A stretch of 64,000 nucleotides of DNA from a virus, in IMG/VR virus record IMGVR_UViG_3300002460_000025, positions 7,621 to 71,620 of that record; one strand, written 5' to 3'. The notes beneath the pieces are model-generated. The model ran no database searches and was not told the DNA's origin. It saw only the letters and a program-made list of their open reading frames with translations. Shown here in pieces: positions 38,915 to 49,139 of the stretch. The position numbers and the translations under genes were made by a program. Position 1 is the first letter of the stretch; the number at the start of each line of letters is the position of its first letter.

Positions 38915-39214
38915 CTAGTTGACCTGACTGTTAGGCAGATCAGCCAGTGAGAGCATCAAATGCTGAGACGTCGTCGTGATGGTACGTTCAATCGTGTCTG
39001 TCGATGCGTCCGGCTTCAGGATAAAGCAACACGCTGCTAGGAGGGACATGACGGCCAAGGGGATAGGAAGTCCATCGATCGCAGGCCCTAGGCGTTCGTT
39101 CATCACCTGTACGATGGACTCACCACTGACTTCGATCTTCTGTAAGGTGGGATGAACGACGGGCTGTGGTTCGATCGTCGCGTCGTCCGGTGGGATGAGG
39201 GTGTCGTCTGCCAT
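38915..39214 (-). CDS. Hypothetical protein
   Basis: GGAG RBS, 99 aa. Confidence 0.6.
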   Translation of the reverse strand: MADDTLIPPDDATIEPQPVVHPTLQKIEVSGESIVQVMNERLGPAIDGLPIPLAVMSLLAACCFILKPDASTDTIERTITTTSQHLMLSLADLPNSQVN

Positions 39215-39316
39215 TCAGGCTCCGTTACAGATCCACGCAGGATCTGGTTAAATGAGTTGGGGAGGACCGGATGATCCTCCCCTGAAAGCGCCGCAGGATT
39301 CTAGTCCGAGTTGATG

Positions 39317-39904
39317 CTAGCTGGTCACTGGCACGAAACGCTTGATGACCACGTTCGCCCTCAGCATGACAGGCTCACCTGTTTCTGGGTTGGTCTGTGT
39401 CTTACTTGGGATATAGGGCAGATAACCCCCCTTCCCATCAGATGGGAAGTTTTCCATCCCTTCCTTGATGAGATTGGCACCATCCGTATCATGTCCCTGA
39501 CCATACAACCGCCAATCCAGATCAGCCTCATAGGTCAGGTTCGCTGTGGCCTCAACGGCATCCGCGAGTTCCTGATCATTGTTGATGACACCCTTCCGTC
39601 CAAAGGCACGAAGGTAATCACCCATCTTGCTGGCTGGCACGCCGTCACGAGGATAGGTCTTGGCACTCACGCGGATGAACTTGAGTGGGAATCCCTCGTT
39701 GGTGGGACCGACAATGACCGGATCAATCTGGGCCTGCAATGCTCCAGCCTGAGACCGGGTGAAGGAGGTCGGCGGAAACGACTCAGGCGCTCGAAGTGTG
39801 TAGCGTCCTTTCTTGGGAAAGGGGCGGGGACCACCAAAGTCCTTGTAGATGTCGAGGTTGAGTGGCTCTGACTGAACCATACCGAGTTTTGCGATGTCTG
39901 CCAT
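39317..39904 (-). CDS. Putative single-stranded DNA-binding protein (DUF669-like)
   Basis: P..G.Y.L pattern and S.AG; downstream of the Sak4-like gene; AGGAG RBS. Confidence 0.55.
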   Translation of the reverse strand: MADIAKLGMVQSEPLNLDIYKDFGGPRPFPKKGRYTLRAPESFPPTSFTRSQAGALQAQIDPVIVGPTNEGFPLKFIRVSAKTYPRDGVPASKMGDYLRAFGRKGVINNDQELADAVEATANLTYEADLDWRLYGQGHDTDGANLIKEGMENFPSDGKGGYLPYIPSKTQTNPETGEPVMLRANVVIKRFVPVTS

Positions 39905-39927
39905 TGGTGATGTGTACTCCTGTTGAG

Positions 39928-40092
39928 TTATGGGTTGACGCTTTGTGAGGTAAGAGTGGCGATGATCACTATTGGATCAGCATTTGGGAGAGGACCGAAT
40001 GTGACACCGACGATAGAATATCCTTCATCTGTTAATTTGTTCAGTACGGATTGTAGTGTCTGTATAGACGCAACCTCAACTTTCCATCTCAT
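39928..40092 (-). CDS. 54-aa protein (MRWKVEV...LNKLTDEGYSIVGV), DUF4177-like
   Basis: Hand-translated; ATGA overlap with the upstream gene. Confidence 0.5.
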   Translation of the reverse strand: MRWKVEVASIQTLQSVLNKLTDEGYSIVGVTFGPLPNADPIVIIATLTSQSVNP

Positions 40093-40970
40093 AGCCCTAA
40101 CCGCTCGGCAATCTTTTTCTTCGCTGCCTCCTTCGCATCATCCCGGACCAGCTTGAGGGCCTTCACGATGTCGGCTGGTTCAATGGTGAGTTGTGTGAGT
40201 GGTGGGGCATCGAGGGGACGTCTGATGTTCCCCAATGCGGTGGCATTTCCTGTATTCACATCCTGATGGGTGCCTAGATAGAGGACGTGCCTCGTTGGCT
40301 TTCCTTGGACCGGGACTGCATCCTGTCTGAAGGTGTAATTGAAGTCCATTGGCAACGAACTCGTGAGCATCTTCCCAATGACATCAGGACCGACAATACG
40401 TGTCGTGTTGATCTCATCATCATCCTTGTTCACGCCTGCCGTCCACAGCACGTACTCTGCATCCAGCTTGAAGGACTCTACCATCTCCTCATTGACACGG
40501 GTTTGAGGAATCGCAAACTTCTGGTACCCCTTCGTCGTGCCGATCTTCAGCGTCTCGCCGTCCCCTGTGGTTTGGAAGCTCGTGTTCGCATCGCCACCAA
40601 TGTTGATCCCAAGAGCCGCCTTGTGCTCCATGTCTGACTTGAGGAGCTTGGCGATAGCGTGGGCAGACTCGAATGCGTAGAAACCAATAGTCGCGTTTGC
40701 AGCCTTATCCAACACCCACTTCCCACTCGCATCCCTAATGTAGCCCTGAACAACCTTGTTCAACCAAATCCAGGGATCTGTTTTGCCGAGGAAGACGGGA
40801 TGGATGATCCCCAAGTCGACGTAGGAGGCAATCGTGTCGAGTCCTCCATTGTCTGCGGTGTAGAGACGGGTATCCTTTCCAGTGGTGGCTTTGATATGCT
40901 CAGCGAGGACGCCAATCTGGGTGGTTTTCCCAGATCCCGTCCGGCCGTACAACAGTATGGTTACTGCCAA
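40089..40970 (-). CDS. AAA_24 / Sak4-like ssDNA-annealing ATPase
   Basis: ILLYGRTGSGKTT, YAFES, GPD..GK...LP..F; lies between the nuclease and the SSB-like gene. Confidence 0.75.
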   Translation of the reverse strand: MAVTILLYGRTGSGKTTQIGVLAEHIKATTGKDTRLYTADNGGLDTIASYVDLGIIHPVFLGKTDPWIWLNKVVQGYIRDASGKWVLDKAANATIGFYAFESAHAIAKLLKSDMEHKAALGINIGGDANTSFQTTGDGETLKIGTTKGYQKFAIPQTRVNEEMVESFKLDAEYVLWTAGVNKDDDEINTTRIVGPDVIGKMLTSSLPMDFNYTFRQDAVPVQGKPTRHVLYLGTHQDVNTGNATALGNIRRPLDAPPLTQLTIEPADIVKALKLVRDDAKEAAKKKIAERLGL

Positions 40971-41010
40971 TAGAGGCTCCTGTCAGGGAAATTGTTGAGT
41001 GATGTGAACA

Positions 41011-41039
41011 ATCGTATCATGAACGGGCTGGATTGTCAA
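41011..41039 (-). promoter_or_regulatory. Sigma70-type phage promoter (conserved family)
   Basis: Minus strand TTGACA-ATCCAGCCCGTTCATGA(17)-TACGAT. Confidence 0.75.
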
Positions 41040-41377
41040 GCGGGCTTGGAAGGTGCAAGGGAGTCCTGGTAGCCAAAACAATGTGGATTCCCATCAGCAT
41101 CCAGACCCCCATCCTCATTACACCCAAAGTACTCACACTCCTGCGGGATGGAGTACTCACGGTGCCCATCAGTGGTCAGGTATCGTCCCAAACGGACTAC
41201 CATCCCAAGATGATGGTCTTCCCACGAGTGCCCACAGATGCACACACCTGATCGATTCGGTCCCCCATAGATGGGTTCACGCCTCTCAACACCTTCATCT
41301 GGGGTCCAGTCACACTTGACACACCAATGATGTCCATCAACGGGATCATTCGACATGACGTGTTCACAGTTTTGCAT
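41036..41377 (-). CDS. Cys/His-rich hypothetical protein
   Basis: CICGHSWEDHH, ECEYFGC. Confidence 0.55.
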   Translation of the reverse strand: MQNCEHVMSNDPVDGHHWCVKCDWTPDEGVERREPIYGGPNRSGVCICGHSWEDHHLGMVVRLGRYLTTDGHREYSIPQECEYFGCNEDGGLDADGNPHCFGYQDSLAPSKPA

Positions 41378-41823
41378 TAGAAGGGTGTCCTATCATCGAC
41401 AGTACGCTCCTCTAACCTCTTCCTCACAGCAGCAATTATGTTAAAGCAATGCCATCCAAATGGGGCAATGACTGCGTCCCATCCACCCGTCTTGAGAATC
41501 TTTGCCATCCTCGCCGCCCCTTCCGGGTTGTAGGAATGGAGCACAATTGTGGGATTCCCTTTGATCACCTTGTAGTCGACTATGTCCGACACAAACGTCG
41601 TCCCTGAATCTTCGTGGTCTTCTAAGAACCCACCAACTGCCACAACTACCTGTCTCCCACCGAGATCGTGATCGAGGAGGATCAGATCATAGGGCTGACC
41701 GTCATGGAATCGTTGAAAATCCTGACAGGTATCGATGATATCCACTGTGTCCACATTGGGATCAAAGTGTTTCTGGAATTCCTCAAGTCTCTCCGGAGAA
41801 TCTTCGAGAATGAAGACCTTCAT
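41377..41823 (-). CDS. Cyclic-phosphate processing receiver (cREC) domain protein
   Basis: FILEDSPER, LLDHDLG, SG, VLHSYNP.GA.RM. Confidence 0.8.
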   Translation of the reverse strand: MKVFILEDSPERLEEFQKHFDPNVDTVDIIDTCQDFQRFHDGQPYDLILLDHDLGGRQVVVAVGGFLEDHEDSGTTFVSDIVDYKVIKGNPTIVLHSYNPEGAARMAKILKTGGWDAVIAPFGWHCFNIIAAVRKRLEERTVDDRTPF

Positions 41824-42354
41824 GGATGCACTCGCTTGAAAAATGGGTTGGACACGTTGATGAGGTCGCTGCTGTGAGGAACATATGCATTCTTCATAAT
41901 TTCATTTACCCGCTCAAAGGTGAGAAGTTCACGTATCCACCTATGCCCCTGACTACACGACCATTCATCTTTCCAATCAGGCAACATCTGTGTTCGCCAG
42001 CAGTGCCTGTTGCGCTGACAGACATCACATCGTATAAGTCGATATCCTTTACGTGGTCTCATTGATGTACTCTACTTGGAGTGACTTCATGGGAACACCA
42101 GTAAAGGTCATGGGCCTGACAGGCTTTCCATCGTCGAAACGAGCAATCCATTTGCGTACTTTCATAGGTAATGGAAACCGTTCATAATAACCTCTTTGCC
42201 CCAATTGAACCGCCCATGGATCAACCCACACTCGCTTCAACCGTAACCGACGTTTGACTGCCAATGCTACCGGACACGAACACACTCGAAAGCGTTTACC
42301 CTTCTTGATGTCTGCCGCTGTCACAGTAAATGTGATCCGTCTACCCTTCTTCAT
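41820..42354 (-). other. Two small hypothetical ORFs (41820-42062; 42049-42354)
   Basis: Coupled ORFs; the second has VT..DI..G....CPVALA...WI..FD.G, a recurrent phage pattern. Confidence 0.5.
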
Positions 42355-43468
42355 GTACCGGCTCCTCTCCAATCCATGCTGCTCGATGACTCGTATCTCT
42401 CAAGACAAACCCTGACGCGAGGGGATCCACACCCTCCGGCCCATGACAGAGCTTCCTGAACTTACAGGGCCTCCCGAAGGATGGGATGCACTGATTGAAA
42501 CGTTGTGGAAAGACTGCATCGAGGATTCTCGATCCCATGTAACTAGCGGTGTGGGGATCACGTAATTCCGACGACCCCTGATAAATCTCACGTTCCCTCA
42601 CCACCCGTTGCCGGAAGAACGCATCAATCAGGTGTTCCTTCAGGAAGATGGGAGGTGTCTGGGGGAACTGTTCAGCCAGCATCCCCTCCGGCATCCCATC
42701 AATCCATGCCTTCACTCCTCCTGGTCGCTCCCAGATGGGATATTTCTTCAATCCCTGCTTGTATTCATAGCTCCATCGAGCTTGTGTGAAGGGAGGGTTG
42801 GCAGGGGAATAGTAACCATAACAGAAGGGACTTGTTTGTTTCCCGTACGAGACGTACCCCTTATAGAATCCCTGTACAATCACCCCCATCACCTTCTCCC
42901 CAAGCAACTGCTCAACGGCCCTCACCGAGGAATGCAACTGCACAGCCGTCGACCAGGAGTTGATCCATTCCTCTTTCTTGGAGGAGGTCGATTTATATTC
43001 AACGTACCAGAGATTTCCCTCGACATCCCTCGGAAGCAGGTCGGGCTTCGCCATGAACCTGAAGATCTCATCGTGGGTGTAGATCAGTTCCTTCTCATGA
43101 CCCACGAGGGTAGGAAACTGTTGTCGAAACCTCGGCCAGACGTGCTTGTGATAGCCCCTCAACATCCCCTCAGTCAGGGTTGCCTGCTCAGATGCGAAGA
43201 TGTCTGCATCCATCTCTCCGCCCATCTGATCGAGGAGTGTCCCTCGAATCTGCTGGAACGCGGCTCCAGCGATATCATCAATCGGGACATCCCGTGCAAT
43301 CGCAGCGAGACCATCATGGAGGACTTGCCCAATCAGGTATTCGAGGGATGTCTCTCCGGTCTGAAGGCCGACACCCTGGTACTCATGTCCCCAGTAGCGG
43401 GAACGAGGACACGTCCAGTCCTCTTGCACCCCGGAGTTGGAGTAGTAGATGAGTGGCGATGTGCTCAT
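42341..43468 (-). CDS. PD-(D/E)XK exonuclease (Cas4/AddB-like, Fe-S cysteines)
   Basis: TCPR.RYW, G..LH, KPDL, VEYKS, QL, C....RPCKFRKLC. Confidence 0.85.
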   Translation of the reverse strand: MSTSPLIYYSNSGVQEDWTCPRSRYWGHEYQGVGLQTGETSLEYLIGQVLHDGLAAIARDVPIDDIAGAAFQQIRGTLLDQMGGEMDADIFASEQATLTEGMLRGYHKHVWPRFRQQFPTLVGHEKELIYTHDEIFRFMAKPDLLPRDVEGNLWYVEYKSTSSKKEEWINSWSTAVQLHSSVRAVEQLLGEKVMGVIVQGFYKGYVSYGKQTSPFCYGYYSPANPPFTQARWSYEYKQGLKKYPIWERPGGVKAWIDGMPEGMLAEQFPQTPPIFLKEHLIDAFFRQRVVREREIYQGSSELRDPHTASYMGSRILDAVFPQRFNQCIPSFGRPCKFRKLCHGPEGVDPLASGFVLRDTSHRAAWIGEEPVHEEG

Positions 43469-43618
43469 GAGACGAAGGTGGCGTAGAGGCCAATATAGGT
43501 CATTGTGATGATTGTTCCTATCATGACAAACAAGGCAAGTGGGTGTTGTATGAAAAGAAGGATGATGAACAGGAGGAATCCTACAACACATGATCCTGCC
43601 GCGAGGTGTGCTTTCGTC

Positions 43619-44287
43619 TTAGTCAATTGTGATCTCCATGTACCTCTCAGGGTAAGGGTTGTATCGATCATCCACGCTCGCCACATTCCACACCATGCCT
43701 CCCCAATCAGCCTGACTCGATCCTCTCCCACCATGGAGATGACCACATACGAGGTGCTTCGGCGTGATCTCTCGACACCACAAGAGAAGGTTCTTCGAGC
43801 CGACATGGAAGTCGCCATCATCATTTGGTGTTGGAGCCACATCATGATAGCCATAAGGTGGGCCGTGAGAGATGAGGATATCCAGATTGTGAGGAATCTC
43901 ACCAACCAGTGTCATGGGAGTATCTCCGACGTGCATGAATGCCCACTTTGGCATTGTGGGAGGTCCTGGTGTCCATGGATATCCGTAGATCATCAACCCG
44001 TTGACGACTGTGGTCTCGTCTGTCAACATCTCAATATATCCAGACAACTCGGGACGATTGGCTGCATACTTCGGAAGCCCTATGAAATCATGATTCCCCC
44101 AGATCCCGACAATCTTCACTGCGGGTTGTGCTTTCAACCAAGGGATGAACACCCTCTCCAACCATTCCCCCTGCCTCACAATGGGACGATTGTCTGGACA
44201 GATATCTCCAGCAATGATGAGGAGATCACACGGTTCACAGGGAGGTGGGAGTTGACCGTGCAGGTCAGCGGTTGCGATGATCTTCAT
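43619..44287 (-). CDS. Calcineurin-like metallophosphoesterase
   Basis: DLHG, AGD, GNHD, SHGPP, CGHLH. Confidence 0.92.
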   Translation of the reverse strand: MKIIATADLHGQLPPPCEPCDLLIIAGDICPDNRPIVRQGEWLERVFIPWLKAQPAVKIVGIWGNHDFIGLPKYAANRPELSGYIEMLTDETTVVNGLMIYGYPWTPGPPTMPKWAFMHVGDTPMTLVGEIPHNLDILISHGPPYGYHDVAPTPNDDGDFHVGSKNLLLWCREITPKHLVCGHLHGGRGSSQADWGGMVWNVASVDDRYNPYPERYMEITID

Positions 44288-45213
44288 TCGTGCTCCAGAT
44301 CGAGGGGAATCTCTGTCGGGAGGAGGTGGTAGTAAATCCTATAGAGGTTGATGGAGTGGTTCCACTTATCATGTCCGTACGTGACGACAATCGCTCCATG
44401 ACGAGGAAGAATTGAGGCCATGAAGAAATCGAGTTCCTTCTCACCTTTGCACAACTTGACTCTCATGCCTCCCTCCAAACACTTTGCCAATCAAGACAAT
44501 CGGCAAGAGAATCCCCATCATCATAAATAGTGTACCGACTGACAGGAGGCCCCATATCGTCAACAGAATGTTGACTATGATGTGCCAACCATCATATAAT
44601 GAATCAAAGTAATTATCTAGATACGGATGTTTACGTATATCCATCAGGCCCTCTTGGTGGTACCAGCAAGGCAATAATAATCACAGTCAGTATAGTGATG
44701 CCAAGCCAGATCATGCGGCTACCTTCCTTCAATGTGGATGCCCGCGATCGAGTGATCCCCGCGATCGGGCGGGCGAAATTTTTGGTGGATGCCGAATCGT
44801 AGCACGAGCGAGCCGGGATTGTCAAGCCCCCTGCAACCGGCTCATGATTTCACGTACATCCATCTGCAACCGCATAGCCCTGTTGGGCCTCAAGGCTGTG
44901 GGATCATGTGATTCCCACGGTAGTGGGGGGAAGTCGTCGCTACTCGCATCCGCTTGATCATTAAGGAAATCGTCAATTTTATTGAGTAAATCCATCAATT
45001 CATCAAAATCCCTGTTCATCACAAACCTCACCATTGCACATCCTCCTTCATCCGCTCCTCCGGTGTCCCCTGGTCGGCCCTCAGAAACCCATCCTTCAAC
45101 ATTCCCCAACAACACGAGATGCAGCACCAATCGACGACTCGACCTGACATCACAATGAGGGGGACCTGTCGCTTCGCGGCTTTCCCACAATACGGACAAT
45201 CTGGGTGTTTCAT
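44284..45213 (-). other. Run of small hypothetical ORFs, some hydrophobic (44284-44490, 44441-44674, 44822-about 45020, 45028-45213)
   Basis: Short coupled ORFs; exact starts uncertain. Confidence 0.4.
44796..44825 (-). promoter_or_regulatory. Sigma70-type phage promoter (conserved family)
   Basis: Minus strand TTGACA-ATCCCGGCTCGCTCGTGC(18)-TACGAT. Confidence 0.75.
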
Positions 45214-45217
45214 CGCG

Positions 45218-45247
45218 TTGACAATCTCCTCCCGTTCATGCTATCAT
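45218..45247 (+). promoter_or_regulatory. Sigma70-type phage promoter for the helicase gene
   Basis: TTGACA-ATCTCCTCCCGTTCATGC(18)-TATCAT. Confidence 0.75.
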
Positions 45248-45355
45248 CCCAAGATTCCAACTCACATCTGCCCTCGACGGTCACACGGGCTGACGACCAC
45301 TCACAGGATTGTTCATGGATAGCATCCTTCCAGCAATCTTTCCAGTCGGGGTCGC

Positions 45356-46309
45356 ATGTCGCTGATTACCCTCGATACCTACCTCAACCTCCCGAGAGAC
45401 CATAATCTCTGGGTGTTAAAACCCTTGATTCCAATCTCCGGGAAGGGACTCCTGTACAGCCCTGCGAAGGTCGGAAAATCGAGTCTCGCCATCCAACTCG
45501 CCCAAGCCGTGTCCGGAGATGCCCAAGATTTCTTGGGATTTCCCGTCGTGACACACGGGCGTGTCCTTTATATACAGATCGATACCCCTCGCGCCACGTG
45601 GGCCGATCGTTTCGTGACCCTCCGGAAGAACGGACAGGTGTTCAACTCCGACAACCTCTGTATCGTCGACACGGAATATCTCGGCGAAGAACTCCAATGC
45701 TATCCCCCTGACATCCTCCAACCCCGCACGACTGACATCATCTTCAAGCTCGTGAGGGACCATGATCCCGTCCTGGTCATCGTCGATACCCTCCGCAAAT
45801 TCCACACGGGGGATGAGAATTCCTCCACCCCCATGACACAGGTCATGAACAACATCAAGAAAGCCTGTCATCCCGCCGCTGTGCTCCTCATCAGCCACGA
45901 TAGCAAGCCTCAACCCGACGTGGAGAGAGATGTGATCTCAGGTCACCGAGGCTCAACGGCTGTGGTTGGTGAGATGGATGGTGTCCTCCAACTCACGCCC
46001 GCACGCCTCAAGTACGCAGGTCGCTCCGTCGAACAAGGATCGATCAAACTTAAAAAGCAAGTGATCGTGGGGGAGAAATCGAATACGATCCTCTGGTTCC
46101 CCGATCCCACCGAACATCACACCGAGATCCAACAGGTCCTCAACAACCCCCTCCTGGAGACCCTCCGTGGACATGGACGCGCCCTCGCTGAGTTGACTGG
46201 GAAGAATGAAGACACCGCGACATCAGTCATTCGACGATGGCTGGAGCATCATGGGGTGAGCTTGAGTGATGCCAAGAGGGGGTTATATCCGGCGAAGGCT
46301 GTTAAGTAA
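45356..46309 (+). CDS. RepA/AAA_25-type SF4 helicase
   Basis: W.LKPLIP, SPAKVGKS, FLGF....GRVLYI, VIVDTL, DENS, LISH..K, RGS. Confidence 0.85.
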   Translation: MSLITLDTYLNLPRDHNLWVLKPLIPISGKGLLYSPAKVGKSSLAIQLAQAVSGDAQDFLGFPVVTHGRVLYIQIDTPRATWADRFVTLRKNGQVFNSDNLCIVDTEYLGEELQCYPPDILQPRTTDIIFKLVRDHDPVLVIVDTLRKFHTGDENSSTPMTQVMNNIKKACHPAAVLLISHDSKPQPDVERDVISGHRGSTAVVGEMDGVLQLTPARLKYAGRSVEQGSIKLKKQVIVGEKSNTILWFPDPTEHHTEIQQVLNNPLLETLRGHGRALAELTGKNEDTATSVIRRWLEHHGVSLSDAKRGLYPAKAVK

Positions 46310-46651
46310 GGACCGAGCAGCAACGACTGCTTTTGAATCACCATCAGGATATTCGTTTTCAGCGGCTCCGATGAGGCGCGCAAGGGCTTCTCGGAGCTTT
46401 CTATTTTCAGCCTTCACATCTCTATAATCTGATTCCGAATGGATACACAGCAACGCATTGAATGGCACTGTTGTTACTCCTAGTGCTTTTGATGCGATCG
46501 TGATCGCTCTCCCAAGCGAATCATGTTCATCAGTCGAGCGAATCTCCTCCAGTGATTTCTTCAACCGATCATGTGCATCTGTGCAATCAGACAGATCCTG
46601 TCTGAGTTCGTCAAGCTGACTCCGCAGGCCCCAACTCATCGTCGTGCCCAT
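46283..46651 (-). CDS. Coiled-coil hypothetical protein
   Basis: Heptad pattern; EN.KLREAL. Confidence 0.5.
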   Translation of the reverse strand: MGTTMSWGLRSQLDELRQDLSDCTDAHDRLKKSLEEIRSTDEHDSLGRAITIASKALGVTTVPFNALLCIHSESDYRDVKAENRKLREALARLIGAAENEYPDGDSKAVVAARSLLNSLRRI

Positions 46652-47099
46652 GCGTATAGAATGTTCATCACTGTCCCTACAATGAGTGTGATGATGATAT
46701 TGTGCAAGCCAAATGATACTCCAGTAATCATGTCACCAATGATTGTTCCAACGAATGACCCAATGAAAACCAACACGTAGAACATCATTCCTCCTCCTCA
46801 TCCTCACCTGCCTCCGCAAAATACCACACCACCGTCGCCACGAGGGCAGACGTCACCACATTGATCCACCCTAACGGTTCCTGCATCCCCAAGCACACGA
46901 GGGCCGTCGCCCCGAACGTCAAGAAAAACCATGCAACCCACATTATCCTACCCTCCTTCTCCAGTTATAGAGTCGATACGCCGCATTCCATCCCCGTGCC
47001 CACACGATTGAGCACTGTTCTGAACAGAACGTGACCTTCCTTGCTGTCATCCTCCATCGGACGGTGCGATACACTCGGTCACACCCTGTACATCTCCTC

Positions 47100-47909
47100 T
47101 TAGTCCAAAGGCGGAAAGTCATGAGCACGCCTCGCTGACCAGGAATAAAAGTACGTCCTCAGCATCCAGTCCTCCACGGGTTCGATGGTAGGTTCTTCGG
47201 GAAGTGGAGATGTCTCACGCAGATCCTTCAATTCATCCTCGAACCGTCCTGCATCTGTCAAGACGGCGTCCAACGCCTTTTCTCCACGCCTCACTGCACG
47301 AATGTACTCCCTCTCCATCTCCGGCATTGGGAGGGTAAACTGCCCCGTCTTCATCAACTCAATCCCCTGTAACCCCAGACGGAGCATGTGACTGGCGTAC
47401 TTGGTATCGTACCCAAACGCCTCAACCAACCCTCGCCTCGGTTGTCCATGTCCTCCATTCCCCCTCTCGCCTAGCAGTCGTTGACGTTGAGCATGAAGAT
47501 ACCCCAGGAAGGCCCCTCCAGCTTTCCGGCTCACGATGTAAGGTGTGAGTTCCCTCAGTCCCATCCCCCTCGCATCTGCTATGATCAGCTGATCATTCGG
47601 TACGAACAGTAAGGTGAGTACCGTGGGATTCCCCTTGAGAGCGAGACGGATGTATTTCCTCAAACTATAGATGGTCAGATCCAAGTCCCCTGCCTGTGAT
47701 GGCTCATCCTGTTTCCCAGTCCTCTCGTGGGCTGAGCGATAGACGTATTGTTCAAACGGAGCCCCAATCCCCATCGCCTCATCCATCGACTCAATACAGA
47801 TTCCCATCTCGTCTCGGTCCTCGATGCCATCCTGGATGTTGATTCCATGAACTGTGGACCCTACTGTGGCACGGAGGATGGTCTGCTGCTCAGCGTGCTG
47901 TCTTGTCAT
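47100..47909 (-). CDS. RlaP/YcgL-like Pol-beta superfamily nucleotidyltransferase
   Basis: VGS..HG....DRDEMGI, YSLRKY..L..KGNP, YDTKYASH.LRL..QG.EL. Confidence 0.85.
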   Translation of the reverse strand: MTRQHAEQQTILRATVGSTVHGINIQDGIEDRDEMGICIESMDEAMGIGAPFEQYVYRSAHERTGKQDEPSQAGDLDLTIYSLRKYIRLALKGNPTVLTLLFVPNDQLIIADARGMGLRELTPYIVSRKAGGAFLGYLHAQRQRLLGERGNGGHGQPRRGLVEAFGYDTKYASHMLRLGLQGIELMKTGQFTLPMPEMEREYIRAVRRGEKALDAVLTDAGRFEDELKDLRETSPLPEEPTIEPVEDWMLRTYFYSWSARRAHDFPPLD

Positions 47910-48226
47910 AGTCGTAATCCCAACCACAACCACACCACGAGGAAACCAAAACCCAACCATGAACCTACTAAGAAGATAGCAAGTAGTATTCCAGCGACAA
48001 ACTCTAGCTTATCAATCTTTTCTCTGTGCATCACGGCCATCCACCTATTCTCTTTGACAGATATTGTTCCATTCGACGACAGTATAATCGCATGTCGAGT
48101 TCCGATGTGAGACCGACGTAATAATAATCTTCATTGATACCTCTTGGTGATGCCCACGATAGTATACGCACATGCCCAAGGCATAGAGGAGGTGAACAGG
48201 AACGTGCGATAATAGTAAAGATTCTT

Positions 48227-48442
48227 TTAGGTACAGCTATGATCATCATCCAACACATCCAACAACTGCTTTGCACACAAAGCAAATACACGTTCCTCTG
48301 CTTCTGCAACGTCTGCCTGTGCATCATCCTCCCGTTTCAGAGCACGAATCCGTAGATCACGTGCTTCTCCTCCATAGATAAACCACCGTGTCACAAGTGC
48401 ATCGAGTTTCTCTCGGAGCATCACATGCCTTTCTTCGTTCAC
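48227..48442 (-). CDS. Hypothetical protein
   Basis: AAGGGG RBS; helical. Confidence 0.45.
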   Translation of the reverse strand: MNEERHVMLREKLDALVTRWFIYGGEARDLRIRALKREDDAQADVAEAEERVFALCAKQLLDVLDDDHSCT

Positions 48443-48596
48443 CCCTTACCCTTGAATCGCAGGGAGGCAGCCGTCACCACTTTTTGTGCCATGTGCCCAC
48501 ACGTACACGGTACATCCTCCAAATGGTCCGTCATGGGCGCCAGTACTTCATACAACTTCCCGCAGGCTGCACATGTATACACGTAAAGTGGCATCC

Positions 48597-49139
48597 CTAC
48601 CTCCCAAACACACGATCCAGATCATCCACCAATTGACTCAACTGCCACTGAGGATCAAACCCATTAGGGGGAGTGTCCGTGGCCCTCATAATCGCCACGA
48701 CATGATTTCGTATCCTCTGTCCCTCCTCTTGGAGATGTGTCACTTCCCCAGTGAGGGACGCGATCTGTCTGTGCAACTCAGCCGCCTCCGCTGAGACAGC
48801 AGGATCGAGTGCCAGACGTTGATTATGAACGATGAGGTCCCCAATCGCTTTCCTCGGATTGTCATCATGTTCCTTCGTGTAGATCCAATCAACCACACAC
48901 GCATCGATGACGGCATCACGCCACGGATTGGGTGTGGGGACGGTCTCAAGAGGTGCATGTACAGGAAGATCCTCAATCACCTTCATCTGATTGTCATCGT
49001 GCTCCTTCATGTAGATCCAATCCACCACGATTGGAGCCACAACATCCACGGTACCGGGGAATGCACGGTTCTGCACAGGATCTCCCAACCACCATTCTAG
49101 GATCCTCTCAATCATCCTCATCATTCTAGGATCCTCCAC
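48597..49139 (-). CDS. Hypothetical protein with internal 21-aa duplication
   Basis: VVDWIYMKEHDDNQMKVIEDL / VVDWIYTKEHDDNPRKAIGDL. Confidence 0.55.
   Translation of the reverse strand: MEDPRMMRMIERILEWWLGDPVQNRAFPGTVDVVAPIVVDWIYMKEHDDNQMKVIEDLPVHAPLETVPTPNPWRDAVIDACVVDWIYTKEHDDNPRKAIGDLIVHNQRLALDPAVSAEAAELHRQIASLTGEVTHLQEEGQRIRNHVVAIMRATDTPPNGFDPQWQLSQLVDDLDRVFGR

Noticed and set aside
42341-43468. Cas4 as part of a CRISPR-Cas system
   Set aside because: No cas1/cas2 or array; it sits with Sak4-like and SSB-like genes as a normal phage recombination nuclease.
48830-49030. Diversity-generating retroelement TR/VR pair
   Set aside because: Differences between copies are not adenine-specific and no reverse transcriptase is present.
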